In this document: positions 18,355 to 31,804 of the stretch, piece by piece
Layout of the letters: every line of letters starts with the position of its first letter
How positions within the stretch are numbered: the stretch's first letter is position 1
NCBI GenBank assembly: GCA_016870215.1
Contig: VGCD01000001.1
Coordinates: 57,838 to 121,837, forward strand
DNA: 64,000 bases
Reading direction: 5' to 3'
DNA from: Actinomycetota bacterium
GTDB taxonomy: Bacteria > Actinomycetota > Acidimicrobiia > Acidimicrobiales > Ilumatobacteraceae
Program-made: the position numbers and the translations under genes
Notes under the pieces: model-generated
What the model saw: the letters and a program-made list of their open reading frames with translations, nothing else
What the model was told of the DNA's origin: nothing
The model's database searches: none

Positions 18355-19683
18355 TCAGATGTCTCCGATGACAGAGAAGTCATGACCGGTCAGCCAATGG
18401 CGACCGACTTTCTTCACGGGCTCCCATTTATCGATCAGTGCTTGTGCGGTCTTGCCGTCGCCGAGCTGTCCAAGATCTTCCGGAGTCGGGCCAACCTTTT
18501 CTGAAATCTTGCGCAACTCGACCATGTCGAACCCGAATGCGTCGCCTGCAGACAGACCGAGCATCACGCGAGTTTCGTCAATCGGAATGTCGAAGAATGT
18601 CTTCTTCAACCATTCGTGCGTGCGTGGCCATGTTCCCTCTGGGTGAGGAAAGTCGGTGCCCCACAGCATGTTCTGAATTCCAATTTCATATCGCTGGCCA
18701 AGTTCGCGACGCTTCACATTGGCAAGACCGGTGAAGCAGTTGCGATCGATGTACTCGCTCGGCAGCATTTCAACTTTGCCTTTGAATGCACCAGAGCCCA
18801 GTTTCTCCGAACCCTTCTGACCCATCCAGAGACGATCCCAGAACCACAACAACTGCGGCAACCACCAGCATCCACCCTCAGTTGCGCAGAACTTAAGACG
18901 TGGGTAACGCTCGAACACACCTGACCACAACATGAACCACATGGGACGTGCGGGCCACCAGGTGACTTCACTCACATAAATGCCGAGATGGTCGCCGTAT
19001 TCCTCGCGCGGTGCAGAGCCAGAGTGAGTCACGATCGGCATGTCGTATTCCTGGCACATCGCCCAGATCGGGTCGTAGCGACGATCGTGATACGGGGTCT
19101 GGTTGCACCAGCGCGCCGGAATCATGATGGCGCCGAGGCCGTGTTCTTTTGCCCATGTGATTTCGGCAAGTGCGTCTTCCACTTTGCCGGTGATCGGAAC
19201 GAGCGCTGCACCACAACGACGCTCTGGACTGACCGAGCACAAGTCGGCGAGCCAACGGTTGTGCGCTTTTGCGCCAGCAAGTCCGAGCTCGGGGTCAAGA
19301 TCACCCGAGAGGCCAAGTCCCGCACCGAACGGAACCGCTGTGCGTGATTCGACCGCGTCTGCATCGGGGTACACCACTTCGCCAGCAACACCGTCTGCGT
19401 CAAGAGTTTGGTCGCGGCGAATTGCGTCCCAACCGCCAGCCAGTTCGTCGTCGTGTTCTTCGTACCAGTTCTTTGCGAACTTCTCGTCGCGTACGCCGAG
19501 GCGTGTGGATGCTTCGATGAGTTCTTGCTGTTGAGTGAGGAACTCTTCGAACTGCGGCATGTATTTCTGTTCGAGATACGGCCGGTACTTCGCTGTCGGT
19601 AACCCTGCGTGGCTATCTGCCGCGATGATGACATACGGATCGTTCTCTGCAAAATCTGCAGTTGTGAGCGTTGTCTTTTCCAT
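18355..19683 (-). CDS. amidohydrolase-2 family protein (ACMSD/LigW-like metal-dependent hydrolase/decarboxylase)
   Basis: VIIAADSHAG near the N-terminus and overall similarity to the next gene. ATG 19683 (MEKTT) is preferred over the ORF-track start at 19794. Confidence 0.75.
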   Translation of the reverse strand: MEKTTLTTADFAENDPYVIIAADSHAGLPTAKYRPYLEQKYMPQFEEFLTQQQELIEASTRLGVRDEKFAKNWYEEHDDELAGGWDAIRRDQTLDADGVAGEVVYPDADAVESRTAVPFGAGLGLSGDLDPELGLAGAKAHNRWLADLCSVSPERRCGAALVPITGKVEDALAEITWAKEHGLGAIMIPARWCNQTPYHDRRYDPIWAMCQEYDMPIVTHSGSAPREEYGDHLGIYVSEVTWWPARPMWFMLWSGVFERYPRLKFCATEGGCWWLPQLLWFWDRLWMGQKGSEKLGSGAFKGKVEMLPSEYIDRNCFTGLANVKRRELGQRYEIGIQNMLWGTDFPHPEGTWPRTHEWLKKTFFDIPIDETRVMLGLSAGDAFGFDMVELRKISEKVGPTPEDLGQLGDGKTAQALIDKWEPVKKVGRHWLTGHDFSVIGDI

Positions 19684-19757
19684 GGTGTTGTCTTTCTCGC
19701 TATGTGGTGTTGTCGTTATGTGATGGTGTCGTCGAAGATGAAATGCGGAGTGCTTTG

Positions 19758-20987
19758 TCAGGCAGCGAACTCGTAGCCGATGAATGCAGGGCACTTGTCC
19801 GCGTCTTTTGGTGCCACACGAGGTGGCAGTCCGGCGAACACCTCTGCTGCGCTCGGTCCGATGCGGTCTGCGATTGGACGCAAGAAGTCGAGGTCAAAGC
19901 CATACAACCGTGCAGCGTTGCCCGACAACATCATCTTGGTTTCATCGAGCGGTACTCCGGCAAAACTGAGCGAGATTGCTTCACGCGAGTAGGGAGTGCT
20001 TGCTTCTTTGTGCGGATAGTCGCTGCCCCACATGATGCGCTCAACGCCCACCATGTGGCGCAAACCGACTTCCATCGGTCGAATGAAGCTAGCTCCGACG
20101 TGGCACTGCCGTTGCCAGTATTCGCTCGGCTTCAATGTCAGATCACCCATGACCTGTTCGCCCCACACTGCTTCCTGCGAACCATTCGGCTGGCTCATAC
20201 GGTCGAACATGTAGTCGAGGCGCATCAACTCTTGTGGCACCCAACCGGTTCCTTGTTCAGTGAACACCAACTGCAAGTTCGGATGACGTTCAAGGGCGCC
20301 CGCAAGAATCAGCTGATAGAACGCACGGTGCGCATACCAGGACACCTCGAGCAAGAACATGATCGAGTCGACTGGCTCTGGTCCCATTGGCGGGGCCGCT
20401 GACCCGGTGTGGTGGTTCACCGGCATCGACAATTCTTCGCACACCTGCCACAACGGCTCGTAGTACTGCTCATGTAGTTGCGGAAGATCTCCGCCTGGGG
20501 GAGTACCAGGCAGCACGATGCCGCCAGTGAGTCCGTTTTCTTTGGCCCAACGAATTTCTTTCACTGACTCTTCAATGTTGTGCAAGTTGATCTGAGCAAT
20601 ACCCACGCGGCGGCCCGGATACGCATTACAGAAATCTTTGAGCCATCGGTTGTGCGCTTGCAGTCCGGCCCAGCGACGCTCTTGGTCTTGGCGTGTCATT
20701 GTTGGTGGCTGAGCAGTGAGCGTTGAGGTTGGATAAAACGGCGGCACTGTATTTGGAAAAATAACTTCGGCTGCTTGACCGTCTGCTTCAAGATCGCGCA
20801 TGCGACGGTCTGAGTCCCAATTTCGTTTTCCCAGATCACCGTGAAGGTCTTCATGCGGATTCACGAAATCCTTCGCCCACGCATCGAAGTCGTCGTGCCA
20901 CATGCTCGCCAAGTACGGCCGGTAGTCAAGAATGTCGCCGCCTGCATGGCCGTCGGCAGAGATGACGATGAGACGTTCGTCGCTCAT
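19758..20987 (-). CDS. amidohydrolase-2 family protein, paralog of the preceding gene
   Basis: VISADGHAG, HNRWL and WGSDYPH mirror ADSHAG, HNRWL and WGTDFPH of the neighbour. A GAGGAGG SD precedes the start. Confidence 0.75.
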   Translation of the reverse strand: MSDERLIVISADGHAGGDILDYRPYLASMWHDDFDAWAKDFVNPHEDLHGDLGKRNWDSDRRMRDLEADGQAAEVIFPNTVPPFYPTSTLTAQPPTMTRQDQERRWAGLQAHNRWLKDFCNAYPGRRVGIAQINLHNIEESVKEIRWAKENGLTGGIVLPGTPPGGDLPQLHEQYYEPLWQVCEELSMPVNHHTGSAAPPMGPEPVDSIMFLLEVSWYAHRAFYQLILAGALERHPNLQLVFTEQGTGWVPQELMRLDYMFDRMSQPNGSQEAVWGEQVMGDLTLKPSEYWQRQCHVGASFIRPMEVGLRHMVGVERIMWGSDYPHKEASTPYSREAISLSFAGVPLDETKMMLSGNAARLYGFDLDFLRPIADRIGPSAAEVFAGLPPRVAPKDADKCPAFIGYEFAA

Positions 20988-21107
20988 GATTCCTCCTCGT
21001 AAGTCGCTGCCCGCACCCCCACAATGCGGTGTGAACGACCCGATTTCCCTGCACTAACCGTAGTTGTGCCACATCAGATGGGCAACACCTGCGGGTACTC
21101 TCGTGGA

Positions 21108-21682
21108 ATGTCGAATTCCGGTCCAACTGGCACAGACAAAGACGCGGGCACAGGCAGTCAGCCGAGCGGGGTTGAGGCCTACATGCTCGGACGCGAGTAC
21201 ACGGTGATGCCCATTGCCATCAACTGGGGGCACTCGGTGGAGGTGCCAGCGGGGCCAGTGACCTTCGTCGTTGAGGCGCGAAATCTCACTCGTGAAGCGA
21301 TTCTCGAGAACGAGGCGGTGCAGGGCCGAACAGACGGCATCGACCATAGCTATGAGGTCCATGACGGTGGAGCCAGCTTGCATGTGCTCGCAACCGACAA
21401 TCGCGTCGAATACCTGCGCTTCGACTGTTTCGACAATGAGCCTCACTACCACTACATCCGAGAAGCAGAGCAGCGCAATATCGTCGTGCGGTTCGATGAC
21501 GTTGCAGAGGGCAACCCACTTGAGTGGACGGTGTCACGAGTGCGTGACAGGCTTCCTCGCATGTTGGAACATGCTGGCGCACAACAACTTGCTGACCTCG
21601 TGCGCGCATCGGCGAGCGAAGTGGCAGTTGGCGTCGACGAACTTGCTGCATTATTGGCGCGCGCGGCGATTGATTCGGGGCA

Positions 21683-21686
<4 letters not shown>
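21108..21686 (+). CDS. hypothetical protein (translationally coupled to the M20 peptidase)
   Basis: ATG 21108 lies 6 nt after TACTCT. Its stop overlaps the M20 start (ATGA). I recognise no family. Confidence 0.5.
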
Positions 21687-24505
<2,819 letters not shown>

Positions 24506-24571
24506 ATGACCGACGGTAGCCCGTGGGGTCGCCAGAAAGCCGGTGAATCTCGTTGGTAGCGTGACATCGCC

Positions 24572-25663
24572 GTGGCGGACGACACCTCACCTCCCTCCGA
24601 CGAGCCGTGGTTCGTGCGCTGGCGCCATGCAGTTGTGGCTGCCGTGGTGCTTGCGGCGGTTGCTGCGCTCTCCGTTGCAAACCGCTCTGACTCGTCAACG
24701 CCGGCCGCTGCATCCACCAGCACCTCTTCGACTCCCGACACAGTCGTCATCGACGATGTCACCTCGTACACGCTGTCGCGCACGTTGAAAGACGGCATGA
24801 AGGGTGATGACGTCAAGCGAGTGCAACAACGTCTCAAGGACCTCAAGTTCGATCCGGGTCGCATCGACGGCATCTATGGAGGCGACACAATGATGGCCGT
24901 CTGGGCTTTTCAGGCAGTGGTCCTGAATCTTCCTTACGAGACCAAATCAGACTTCGTCACGCCGGTGTTGTGGGACCTCATGCGGTCAGATGTTGTCGTG
25001 AAGCCGCGACGCCAGAAGTCGACTCCGACACATGTTGAGGTCTACCTGCGCGAGCAAGCCATGGTCGTCTTCAAAGACAATGTGCCAGCACTCATCACAC
25101 ACATTTCCTCAGGTGACGGCAAAGACTGGTGTGAAGAAGTCGTCATCGACCCAGGTGAAGAGGGCAACAAGGGTAAAGACCGTGTTGTACGCGGTGAGTG
25201 TGGCAAGTCGGTGACACCATCTGGTGTGTACTACTTCTATATGCGCAAATATGGTTTGCGAGAGAGTGGTCTCGGCACGTTGTGGAACCCGGTGTATTTC
25301 AACTATGGCGTTGCTGTGCATGGCGCGATGAACGTACCGAAATATCCCGCTTCACACGGTTGTATCCGTATTCCGATGTTCGTGTCGGAATATTTTCCGG
25401 CGCTCGTTCAATACGGTGACCGCGTGTTCGTGTTCGACGGGGTGAAAGAACCCGAGGACTACGGCTCACCACCGCCTTACTTCAATGGCGTCGATCCGAA
25501 TTGGAAACCAACAACGACAACGTCGTCTTCGACCACGCTTCCTGGTGCAACCACGACGGCACCTTCAGGAGCCCCGAAGGTGAGCACCACAGTTCCGAGC
25601 GCCACCACAACAGTGGTTCCCATCGTGACAACAACTTTGCCGACCAGCACCACCACCGGCTGA
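24572..25663 (+). CDS. L,D-transpeptidase with PG-binding domain and Thr-rich C-terminal tail
   Basis: N-terminal TM segment. PG_binding_1 pattern GDDVKRVQQRLKDLKFDPGRIDGIYGGDT. YkuD catalytic motif SHGCIRIP. Confidence 0.85.
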   Translation: MADDTSPPSDEPWFVRWRHAVVAAVVLAAVAALSVANRSDSSTPAAASTSTSSTPDTVVIDDVTSYTLSRTLKDGMKGDDVKRVQQRLKDLKFDPGRIDGIYGGDTMMAVWAFQAVVLNLPYETKSDFVTPVLWDLMRSDVVVKPRRQKSTPTHVEVYLREQAMVVFKDNVPALITHISSGDGKDWCEEVVIDPGEEGNKGKDRVVRGECGKSVTPSGVYYFYMRKYGLRESGLGTLWNPVYFNYGVAVHGAMNVPKYPASHGCIRIPMFVSEYFPALVQYGDRVFVFDGVKEPEDYGSPPPYFNGVDPNWKPTTTTSSSTTLPGATTTAPSGAPKVSTTVPSATTTVVPIVTTTLPTSTTTG

Positions 25664-25671
25664 CGTCTGCA

Positions 25672-27204
25672 TCACGTGATGTCGACGGTGCACCCGGTCA
25701 CATCTTCGAGTAAATCTGCACGTTCACGGGCCGAGTAGAGGTTCAGGTTGAGGTCACTACCGTTCAGTGCTGTCGCCTTGATCGAAATCTTTGCGCCTTT
25801 CTTCTTGGCACTCACTTTTTGCACCCTTGCGTCATATGAGCGGTCTAAGCCGATTGCGATACGCAAGAGAGCAGCCATTGCTCGGACAGTGTGCTTGTCT
25901 GTGTCGTCGAGGGCTACAAAAGGTTCGTGTGACAGCTTTGGTTTGCTTTTGCGGTGATATCGCGCAATTTGGGCGATCAACTCGACATCATGTTCGCGAA
26001 ACCCTGGCATGTCGGCGTGTTTGATTATGTAATACGAATGAAGATGGTGCTTCGAGTGTGAAATTGCCAGCCCCACATTGGAGAGCAGGGCCGCTGATTC
26101 AAGTAGAAAACGTTGGCCATCGCTGATTTCAAGTGCATCAACGAGTTGGTCGAATAACTGTAGGGCCAGGTTCGCCACATGGCGGCTGTGAGTCGGGTTT
26201 TCATCGAGCCGAGACATCAGACCTTCAACGCTGCTGAGTGATGCATCCTGTAGCTCCCGAGAGACAATCGGGGAAGACAAGTGAAGAGTGTCCAGCAACA
26301 ATCCTTCGCGAAGTGCAAAATCACTGAAGATGAGGTCTTTGATGTCGGCTTCGTCAACGACAGTTTGAAGCACTATTGCTCCGGCAAGGATAATGTCGGC
26401 TCGCGAGGCATCTAGGCCCTGAATCTCGCGCCGAACGGCGAGGGTCTTGGCAGATTCGATGACCTGTACGGCTTCACTCAACTCTTCTCGAGTGAAATTG
26501 AATTTATTGAAGTTTCGAGGCTGAGGACCTCCGCGCCTGAATGACACCATCCGGGCGAGAGCTTCTGCGGTTCCGGATGACACGATGGCCGTCTTTGGAG
26601 AAAAGTTGAGGATGTCTTTGACTGTTGGGGCAAGCGACGATCGGACATATGACCGGCAGGCGTTGGGTGCAGCGGGATGCACATGGTCGGACGGGAAGAA
26701 CCGATTCGTAAGTCGTATTGCCCCCAATTTCACGCTACGCACAAAGAGCTCATTGGACCCCTCTGCCACTATCAATTCGGTCGAGCCGCCGCCAATGTCA
26801 ATAATGAGCGAAGTTGTTGGTATCTCGACAGCTCGTTGTACCCCGAGGTGGATGAGCCGAGCTTCCTCCACGCCAGAGATGACTTCAATTTCAACACCGG
26901 TTTCTTTGAGCGCACGATTGACAAACTCGGAGGCATTCGAAGCCTCGCGGACTGCGCTTGTGGCAACGGCGCGTATCGGGGCACTATGCGCGTGTGCAAT
27001 CTCAGACATGTGCTTGAGTGCCACAAGCCCTCTCTCAATTGCAGCTTTGCTCAGCGTCTTCATGTCGCCGGTGCCTTCGCCGAGTCGCACCATCGACTTC
27101 TCACGAGCGACGACGTCGAAGCCATTTTTTGATGCAGTAGCAACAATGAGATGGAAACTGTTCGTCCCGATATCAAGTGCAGCTATGGGTGTCTTCGAGC
27201 TCAT
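25672..27204 (-). CDS. ppx: Ppx/GppA family phosphatase (exopolyphosphatase) with C-terminal HD-like domain
   Basis: AALDIGTNSFHLIV, IDIGGGSTELI, and a helical C-terminal half of ~200 aa. Confidence 0.85.
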   Translation of the reverse strand: MSSKTPIAALDIGTNSFHLIVATASKNGFDVVAREKSMVRLGEGTGDMKTLSKAAIERGLVALKHMSEIAHAHSAPIRAVATSAVREASNASEFVNRALKETGVEIEVISGVEEARLIHLGVQRAVEIPTTSLIIDIGGGSTELIVAEGSNELFVRSVKLGAIRLTNRFFPSDHVHPAAPNACRSYVRSSLAPTVKDILNFSPKTAIVSSGTAEALARMVSFRRGGPQPRNFNKFNFTREELSEAVQVIESAKTLAVRREIQGLDASRADIILAGAIVLQTVVDEADIKDLIFSDFALREGLLLDTLHLSSPIVSRELQDASLSSVEGLMSRLDENPTHSRHVANLALQLFDQLVDALEISDGQRFLLESAALLSNVGLAISHSKHHLHSYYIIKHADMPGFREHDVELIAQIARYHRKSKPKLSHEPFVALDDTDKHTVRAMAALLRIAIGLDRSYDARVQKVSAKKKGAKISIKATALNGSDLNLNLYSARERADLLEDVTGCTVDIT

Positions 27205-27216
27205 CTCAGCGAGTGC

Positions 27217-27876
27217 TTATTGGCCTAATTGCTTTTCCAAGTCGGCAATTTCTCCGGTCTGAGCCTTCACCATCGCCTCCGCCATCAATCTGACTTCATC
27301 GTTTGTTCCATGCATGGCTGCGTGCTCGGCCATGTGCACGCCACCTTTGTGGTGGGCGATCATCAAACGAGCGAAGAGCGCGTCAGCATCTGCGCCTCGT
27401 GACTGCTGCAGCTGTTTCATTTGCTCGTCGGTGGCAAGGCCGGGCATTTCCTCCAGCGGTGTCGGGTCGCCCATCCACGACATTGCTTGATCCGTTTCGT
27501 TGGTCTCGGCTTCGTCAAAGTCGCGAAGCAATTGGACCATTCGACCGATCTCGGTGCCCTGACTCATGATGATTTCGTAGGCGATGCTCCGAAGTACCGA
27601 AGACTCTGGCTGCGTTTGTATGTAAATGAGTGACATCGTGAGTGCTTGCTCATGGTGAATGCGCATGTCCTGCAAGAAGCCGACATCAGAAGTGTTATGG
27701 CCATCGCCGCTAGGGCGTGCACCAAAGGTGAAGCCGAGCGCGAACACCAAGAGTGCGGCCCCAAAAGTTCCGATGGCGATGTTGGCAGGGTTGCGCCACC
27801 ACGGAAGCACCAACACATCATCGGATGTCGAGGATTCCGAACCGCCAGCACTGCGAGTGTTCGAGTCGGTGGCCAT
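27217..27876 (-). CDS. DUF305 domain protein (membrane-anchored)
   Basis: MRIHHEQALTMS and MIAHHKGGVHMAEHA are the paired DUF305 His motifs. ATG 27876 lies 7 nt after TACCGT; the ORF-track start is 27933. Confidence 0.7.
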   Translation of the reverse strand: MATDSNTRSAGGSESSTSDDVLVLPWWRNPANIAIGTFGAALLVFALGFTFGARPSGDGHNTSDVGFLQDMRIHHEQALTMSLIYIQTQPESSVLRSIAYEIIMSQGTEIGRMVQLLRDFDEAETNETDQAMSWMGDPTPLEEMPGLATDEQMKQLQQSRGADADALFARLMIAHHKGGVHMAEHAAMHGTNDEVRLMAEAMVKAQTGEIADLEKQLGQ

Positions 27877-27902
27877 TGAAGACACGGTAGTAGTCTCGTG
27901 GC

Positions 27903-28526
27903 ATGGCCATCGGTTCCCCCTTCGTAGTGTCACCTGTACTTGCAGATCTTCTTCCTGCCCGACGCCTCGGTGTCAGCGAGAAGGTGCGCGATGCGGTGGC
28001 TGTTGTCGGTTTTGCACTTCTTACTGCACTCGCTGCACAAGTGAAATTCCACCTCGGCTTCACGCCGGTACCGATCACGGGGCAAACCTTTGCGGTGTTG
28101 CTCGCTGGTGGCACGTTGGGTATGGCTCGTGGCGCATCAAGTCAGGCGCTGTACTGGGCGATGGGTCTCATTGGTCTCCCGTTTTTTGCTGGTGGCGAAA
28201 GTGGCTGGGACGCAGGTACCGGCACCACCATGGGCTATCTCGCCGGCTTCATCGTTGCCGCTGCACTCGTTGGGTACATGGCGGAGCGTCAAGCAGACCG
28301 CAACATCGTGACGTCACTTGCGGCGATGACGATGGGTTCTGTCGTTATCTACGCGATGGGTGCGTTGTGGTTGGCATTCGATCTCGGCATTCCAGTTGCA
28401 AATGGTGACAAGAGCGCCATTGCGCTCGGTGTGACACCGTTTCTTGCCGGTGACGCAGTGAAGATTGCAATTGCTGGCGCCGTGACCCCGAGTGCGTGGC
28501 TCTTGGTCTCTCGTTTTCGTAGGTAA
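27903..28526 (+). CDS. bioY: biotin transporter BioY (ECF S-component)
   Basis: TPVPITGQTFAVLLAG, GYLAGFIVAA, and about 6 TM segments. ATG lies 6 nt after TAGTCT. Confidence 0.8.
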   Translation: MAIGSPFVVSPVLADLLPARRLGVSEKVRDAVAVVGFALLTALAAQVKFHLGFTPVPITGQTFAVLLAGGTLGMARGASSQALYWAMGLIGLPFFAGGESGWDAGTGTTMGYLAGFIVAAALVGYMAERQADRNIVTSLAAMTMGSVVIYAMGALWLAFDLGIPVANGDKSAIALGVTPFLAGDAVKIAIAGAVTPSAWLLVSRFRR

Positions 28527-28594
28527 ATCGGTCAACCTCGTCGTTGATTGACACGAAGGCACCGTCGCTGGTCGCGAGGATGAGACACTGAGTC

Positions 28595-29221
28595 ATGGTC
28601 GCCGCAGCAACTGATGATGCACGGCGCCTCGGACGTCCGACAGACGCAGACAGTGGCCTCACGCGCGAGCGAATCATTGCTGCTGCTCGAATTGCATTTG
28701 CTGAACGTGGATACGACGCCACGACGAACAAGCAAGTCGCAGACTCAGCCGGAATCACCGCAGCGGCGATCTATCACTACTTCCCGTCAAAGGTCGAGTT
28801 GTTTCTTGCCGTCTGCGAAGCCGTCGAGGAGCGATTCGTACAAGCGTTCGCTTCGCCTTCGGGCCAGGCCGACACTGTGCATGCACGTCTGTCGCTGATG
28901 GTTGAGCGCATCGAGGAACTGAACGAAGAGGATCACTCGCTTGTTCGTTTTCTCATGGGAATGGGTGTTGAAGCACTGCTTCACCCTGAAACGAAAGCGG
29001 CCTACGTCCACTCACGCCGCAGAATCCACGGAGTTGTGAGCGAAGCCATAGCCACCTCTGTCGACGTAGCTCACGTGATTCCCGGAACTGAACCGTCGAC
29101 GCTTGCGGATGTGTTCGTCGCAACTCTCAGCGGAATGGCTGGAATCGCCATGCGAACAGACAATGGTCGGCGATTCGATGCAGGAATGCGTACCTTTCTG
29201 ATGCTCCTGAAGAGTCGGTGA
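28595..29221 (+). CDS. TetR/AcrR family transcriptional regulator
   Basis: RERIIAAARIAFAERGYDATTNKQVADSAGITAAAIYHYFPSK is the TetR HTH. Confidence 0.8.
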   Translation: MVAAATDDARRLGRPTDADSGLTRERIIAAARIAFAERGYDATTNKQVADSAGITAAAIYHYFPSKVELFLAVCEAVEERFVQAFASPSGQADTVHARLSLMVERIEELNEEDHSLVRFLMGMGVEALLHPETKAAYVHSRRRIHGVVSEAIATSVDVAHVIPGTEPSTLADVFVATLSGMAGIAMRTDNGRRFDAGMRTFLMLLKSR

Positions 29222-30816
29222 CGGCGATGGAAACGCCGATATCGGTGCCGCAGTGGGCGCGACTCGCCGCGGAGTCAAGCCGACTTAGGCAATCGACGTT
29301 ACGTGCGCTGCTCGACACCCCGGGGCGTGGGCAATTGCACCTCGAGCTCGATGGTCTGTTGTTCGACTTTTCGCGCCAATTCGTCAGTGATGCGGTGCTG
29401 AATCTCTTCGGAGATGTCTGCGAACTGAGTGAATTTTCGTCGCGACGCGAAGTGTTGTGGCGAGGTGACATCTCAAACCCAACGGAGAAACGGGCGGTTA
29501 CGCATGTTGCACTTCGCGGGTCATCGAATGATGCTGCGGCAACTGCAGCACGAACTCAGCGCGAGCGTGCGGAGGCATTTGCGCGTGACGTTCGCAGCGG
29601 AGCGTTTCCCGGAGCAACCGGACGACGAATCACTCATGTTGTGAACATCGGCATTGGTGGCAGTGACCTCGGGCCAGCGATGGTGTACCGCGCACTTGCA
29701 TCCTGGGCATCTGGACCTGAATGCCGTTTTGTATCCAACATCGACCCTGTTGATCTTGATCGTGCGTTGCACGGCCTCGACCCCCAGACCACTCTGGTCA
29801 TTGTTTCATCGAAGACAATGACGACATCTGAGACCATGCACAACGCCTCTCGCGCACGAGCATGGCTTGAGGCCAGCATCGGAGATTCCGCAATGGCCCA
29901 TATGGTCGCTTCCACTGCATCGCCTGACGCAGCCGTGCAGTGGGGTGTGTCAGGCGAGCATGTGTTTGGTTTCGCCGACAGCGTGGGCGGACGTTTCTCG
30001 GTGTCCTCAGTTATCGGTTTACCGCTCATGATTGGCCTTGGCCCTGAAGTGTTCGATGCGATGCTCGGTGGCATGTCAGCGATGGATACGCACTTCCATG
30101 AACAGTCTTGGGAATGCAACATCCCTGCCGTGCATGCGTTCATCACGGTCCTCAACAGCACTGTTCACCAGATGAGTTCACTTGCCGTCATTCCGTATAG
30201 CCACGACTTGTCGCGATTGCCGGCGTTTTTGCAGCAATTGCTCATGGAGAGCAATGGCAAGTCGGTTGCGATTGATGGTCAATCAGTTGACGCCAGCTCA
30301 CCGATTGTTTGGGGTGAACCAGGTACGAACGGCCAACACGCGTTCTTTCAGTTGTTGCATCAAGGAACACAAGTTGTGCCAGTCGACTTCATCGCGGTGG
30401 TCCGCACCACCAGCAGTGACACCGCTGCGCAACGGATGTTGCTCGCAAATCTGCTCGCCCAAGCCGAAGTACTGGCACTTGGGCGAACACTCGAAGAAGT
30501 GCTGACAGAGGGTGTGGATGCAGAACTGGCCCCTCACAAAGTCTTTTCAGGAAACCGACCGAATTCGATCATCGCACTGCGAGAGTTGTCACCGCGACTG
30601 TTGGGCATGTTGATCGCGATGTACGAACACAGCACCGCAGTTCAAGGATGGCTGTGGGGAGTGAACAGTTTCGACCAGTTCGGAGTGGAACACGGCAAAG
30701 TCGTTGCGTCGCGAAACATCCCTCTCCTCGACCCCGCCGAGGGTGTGACAGGGTTATCAGCCTCATTTGCCAAGGCGTGCGAAATCGCCGGAATGTGGAT
30801 GCGCGACAACCTCTGA
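29218..30816 (+). CDS. pgi: glucose-6-phosphate isomerase
   Basis: VNIGIGGSDLGP, SKTMTTSET, GGRFSV, ESNGKSV, GEPGTNGQHAFFQLLHQG and NSFDQFGVEHGK. Its start overlaps the tetR stop. Confidence 0.9.
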   Translation: MTAMETPISVPQWARLAAESSRLRQSTLRALLDTPGRGQLHLELDGLLFDFSRQFVSDAVLNLFGDVCELSEFSSRREVLWRGDISNPTEKRAVTHVALRGSSNDAAATAARTQRERAEAFARDVRSGAFPGATGRRITHVVNIGIGGSDLGPAMVYRALASWASGPECRFVSNIDPVDLDRALHGLDPQTTLVIVSSKTMTTSETMHNASRARAWLEASIGDSAMAHMVASTASPDAAVQWGVSGEHVFGFADSVGGRFSVSSVIGLPLMIGLGPEVFDAMLGGMSAMDTHFHEQSWECNIPAVHAFITVLNSTVHQMSSLAVIPYSHDLSRLPAFLQQLLMESNGKSVAIDGQSVDASSPIVWGEPGTNGQHAFFQLLHQGTQVVPVDFIAVVRTTSSDTAAQRMLLANLLAQAEVLALGRTLEEVLTEGVDAELAPHKVFSGNRPNSIIALRELSPRLLGMLIAMYEHSTAVQGWLWGVNSFDQFGVEHGKVVASRNIPLLDPAEGVTGLSASFAKACEIAGMWMRDNL

Positions 30817-30835
30817 GGCACCTATCCTGCGTCCC

Positions 30836-31804
30836 GTGGATGACCGGGGAGACGTGGAGAACGTCGATGCCAAAGACAGCAAAGCAGAGCGCATGCTCAA
30901 TTTGTTGGTGCTGCTCAGCAACACATCGCGTCCCCTGACGCTCGATGAAATCTGCGAAAAGATGCGTGGGCAATATCCCGACGGACCATCTCGTCGAACC
31001 ACGTTTGAGCGTGACAAATCAGATTTGCGCAACATGGGTGTGCCAATCGCAATGGTCACACTCGGTGGCGATGATGCCGGACGTGCGGCGTACTTCATCG
31101 ACAAGAAGGGTTACGGCGACCTCTACATTGACATCACGCCAGATGAATTGCGCGCACTTCAGTTCGCGGCAGCGATGGTGCAAATCGAACAGACGTGGGG
31201 ACGACAAGCAGTTCTGCGTCTCGGTGGTGAACTCGTCGACCCACCGATGCCAACGGTCGCGCATGTTCCAGCTGATTCAGAGAAATTGCCCGAGCTGTGG
31301 CTTGCCACGAAAGAGTGCCACCCGGTCGAATTCGACTACCACGGCAAGAAGCGGCGCGTGCATCCGTACTGCCTGCAAGCTCGCAATGGCTTCTGGTACA
31401 TCTCGGCACACGACACTGCACGTGACTCGGTTGCCAATTATCGAGTCGACCGCATCTCGTCCGCTATCACCGTTTTGACTAAGGAAACATTTGAACGTCC
31501 CGCAGGTTTCTCTGCGAGCGAAGCGCTGCCGTCTGATCCAAAAACCTTCGAGCCGTCAAATGAAACTGCACTCGTACGAATTGATGCGACCCTCGCGCCA
31601 GTGGTGTCACGCGAAGTGTCAGCAGATGACATCACAGAGCATCATCCAGACGGTTCCATCACCGTTCGTGTCCCATGTGGTCACCGTCCGGCATTTCGCA
31701 CGTGGCTGTTCGCCATGGTCGACCGAGCCGAGGTGCTCGCACCCGCTTCACTTCGCGCCGAAGTCATTTCGTGGTTGCACGACATTGAGAAAGCGGTGTC
31801 CTGA
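30836..31804 (+). CDS. pafB: HTH-WYL transcriptional regulator, PafB-like
   Basis: KAERMLNLLVLLSNTSRPLTLDEI (HTH) and a WYL-type region (NGFWYISAHD...ANYRVDRI). GTG 30836 lies 7 nt after TATCCT. Alternative starts: 30854 and 30893. Confidence 0.7.
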   Translation: MDDRGDVENVDAKDSKAERMLNLLVLLSNTSRPLTLDEICEKMRGQYPDGPSRRTTFERDKSDLRNMGVPIAMVTLGGDDAGRAAYFIDKKGYGDLYIDITPDELRALQFAAAMVQIEQTWGRQAVLRLGGELVDPPMPTVAHVPADSEKLPELWLATKECHPVEFDYHGKKRRVHPYCLQARNGFWYISAHDTARDSVANYRVDRISSAITVLTKETFERPAGFSASEALPSDPKTFEPSNETALVRIDATLAPVVSREVSADDITEHHPDGSITVRVPCGHRPAFRTWLFAMVDRAEVLAPASLRAEVISWLHDIEKAVS

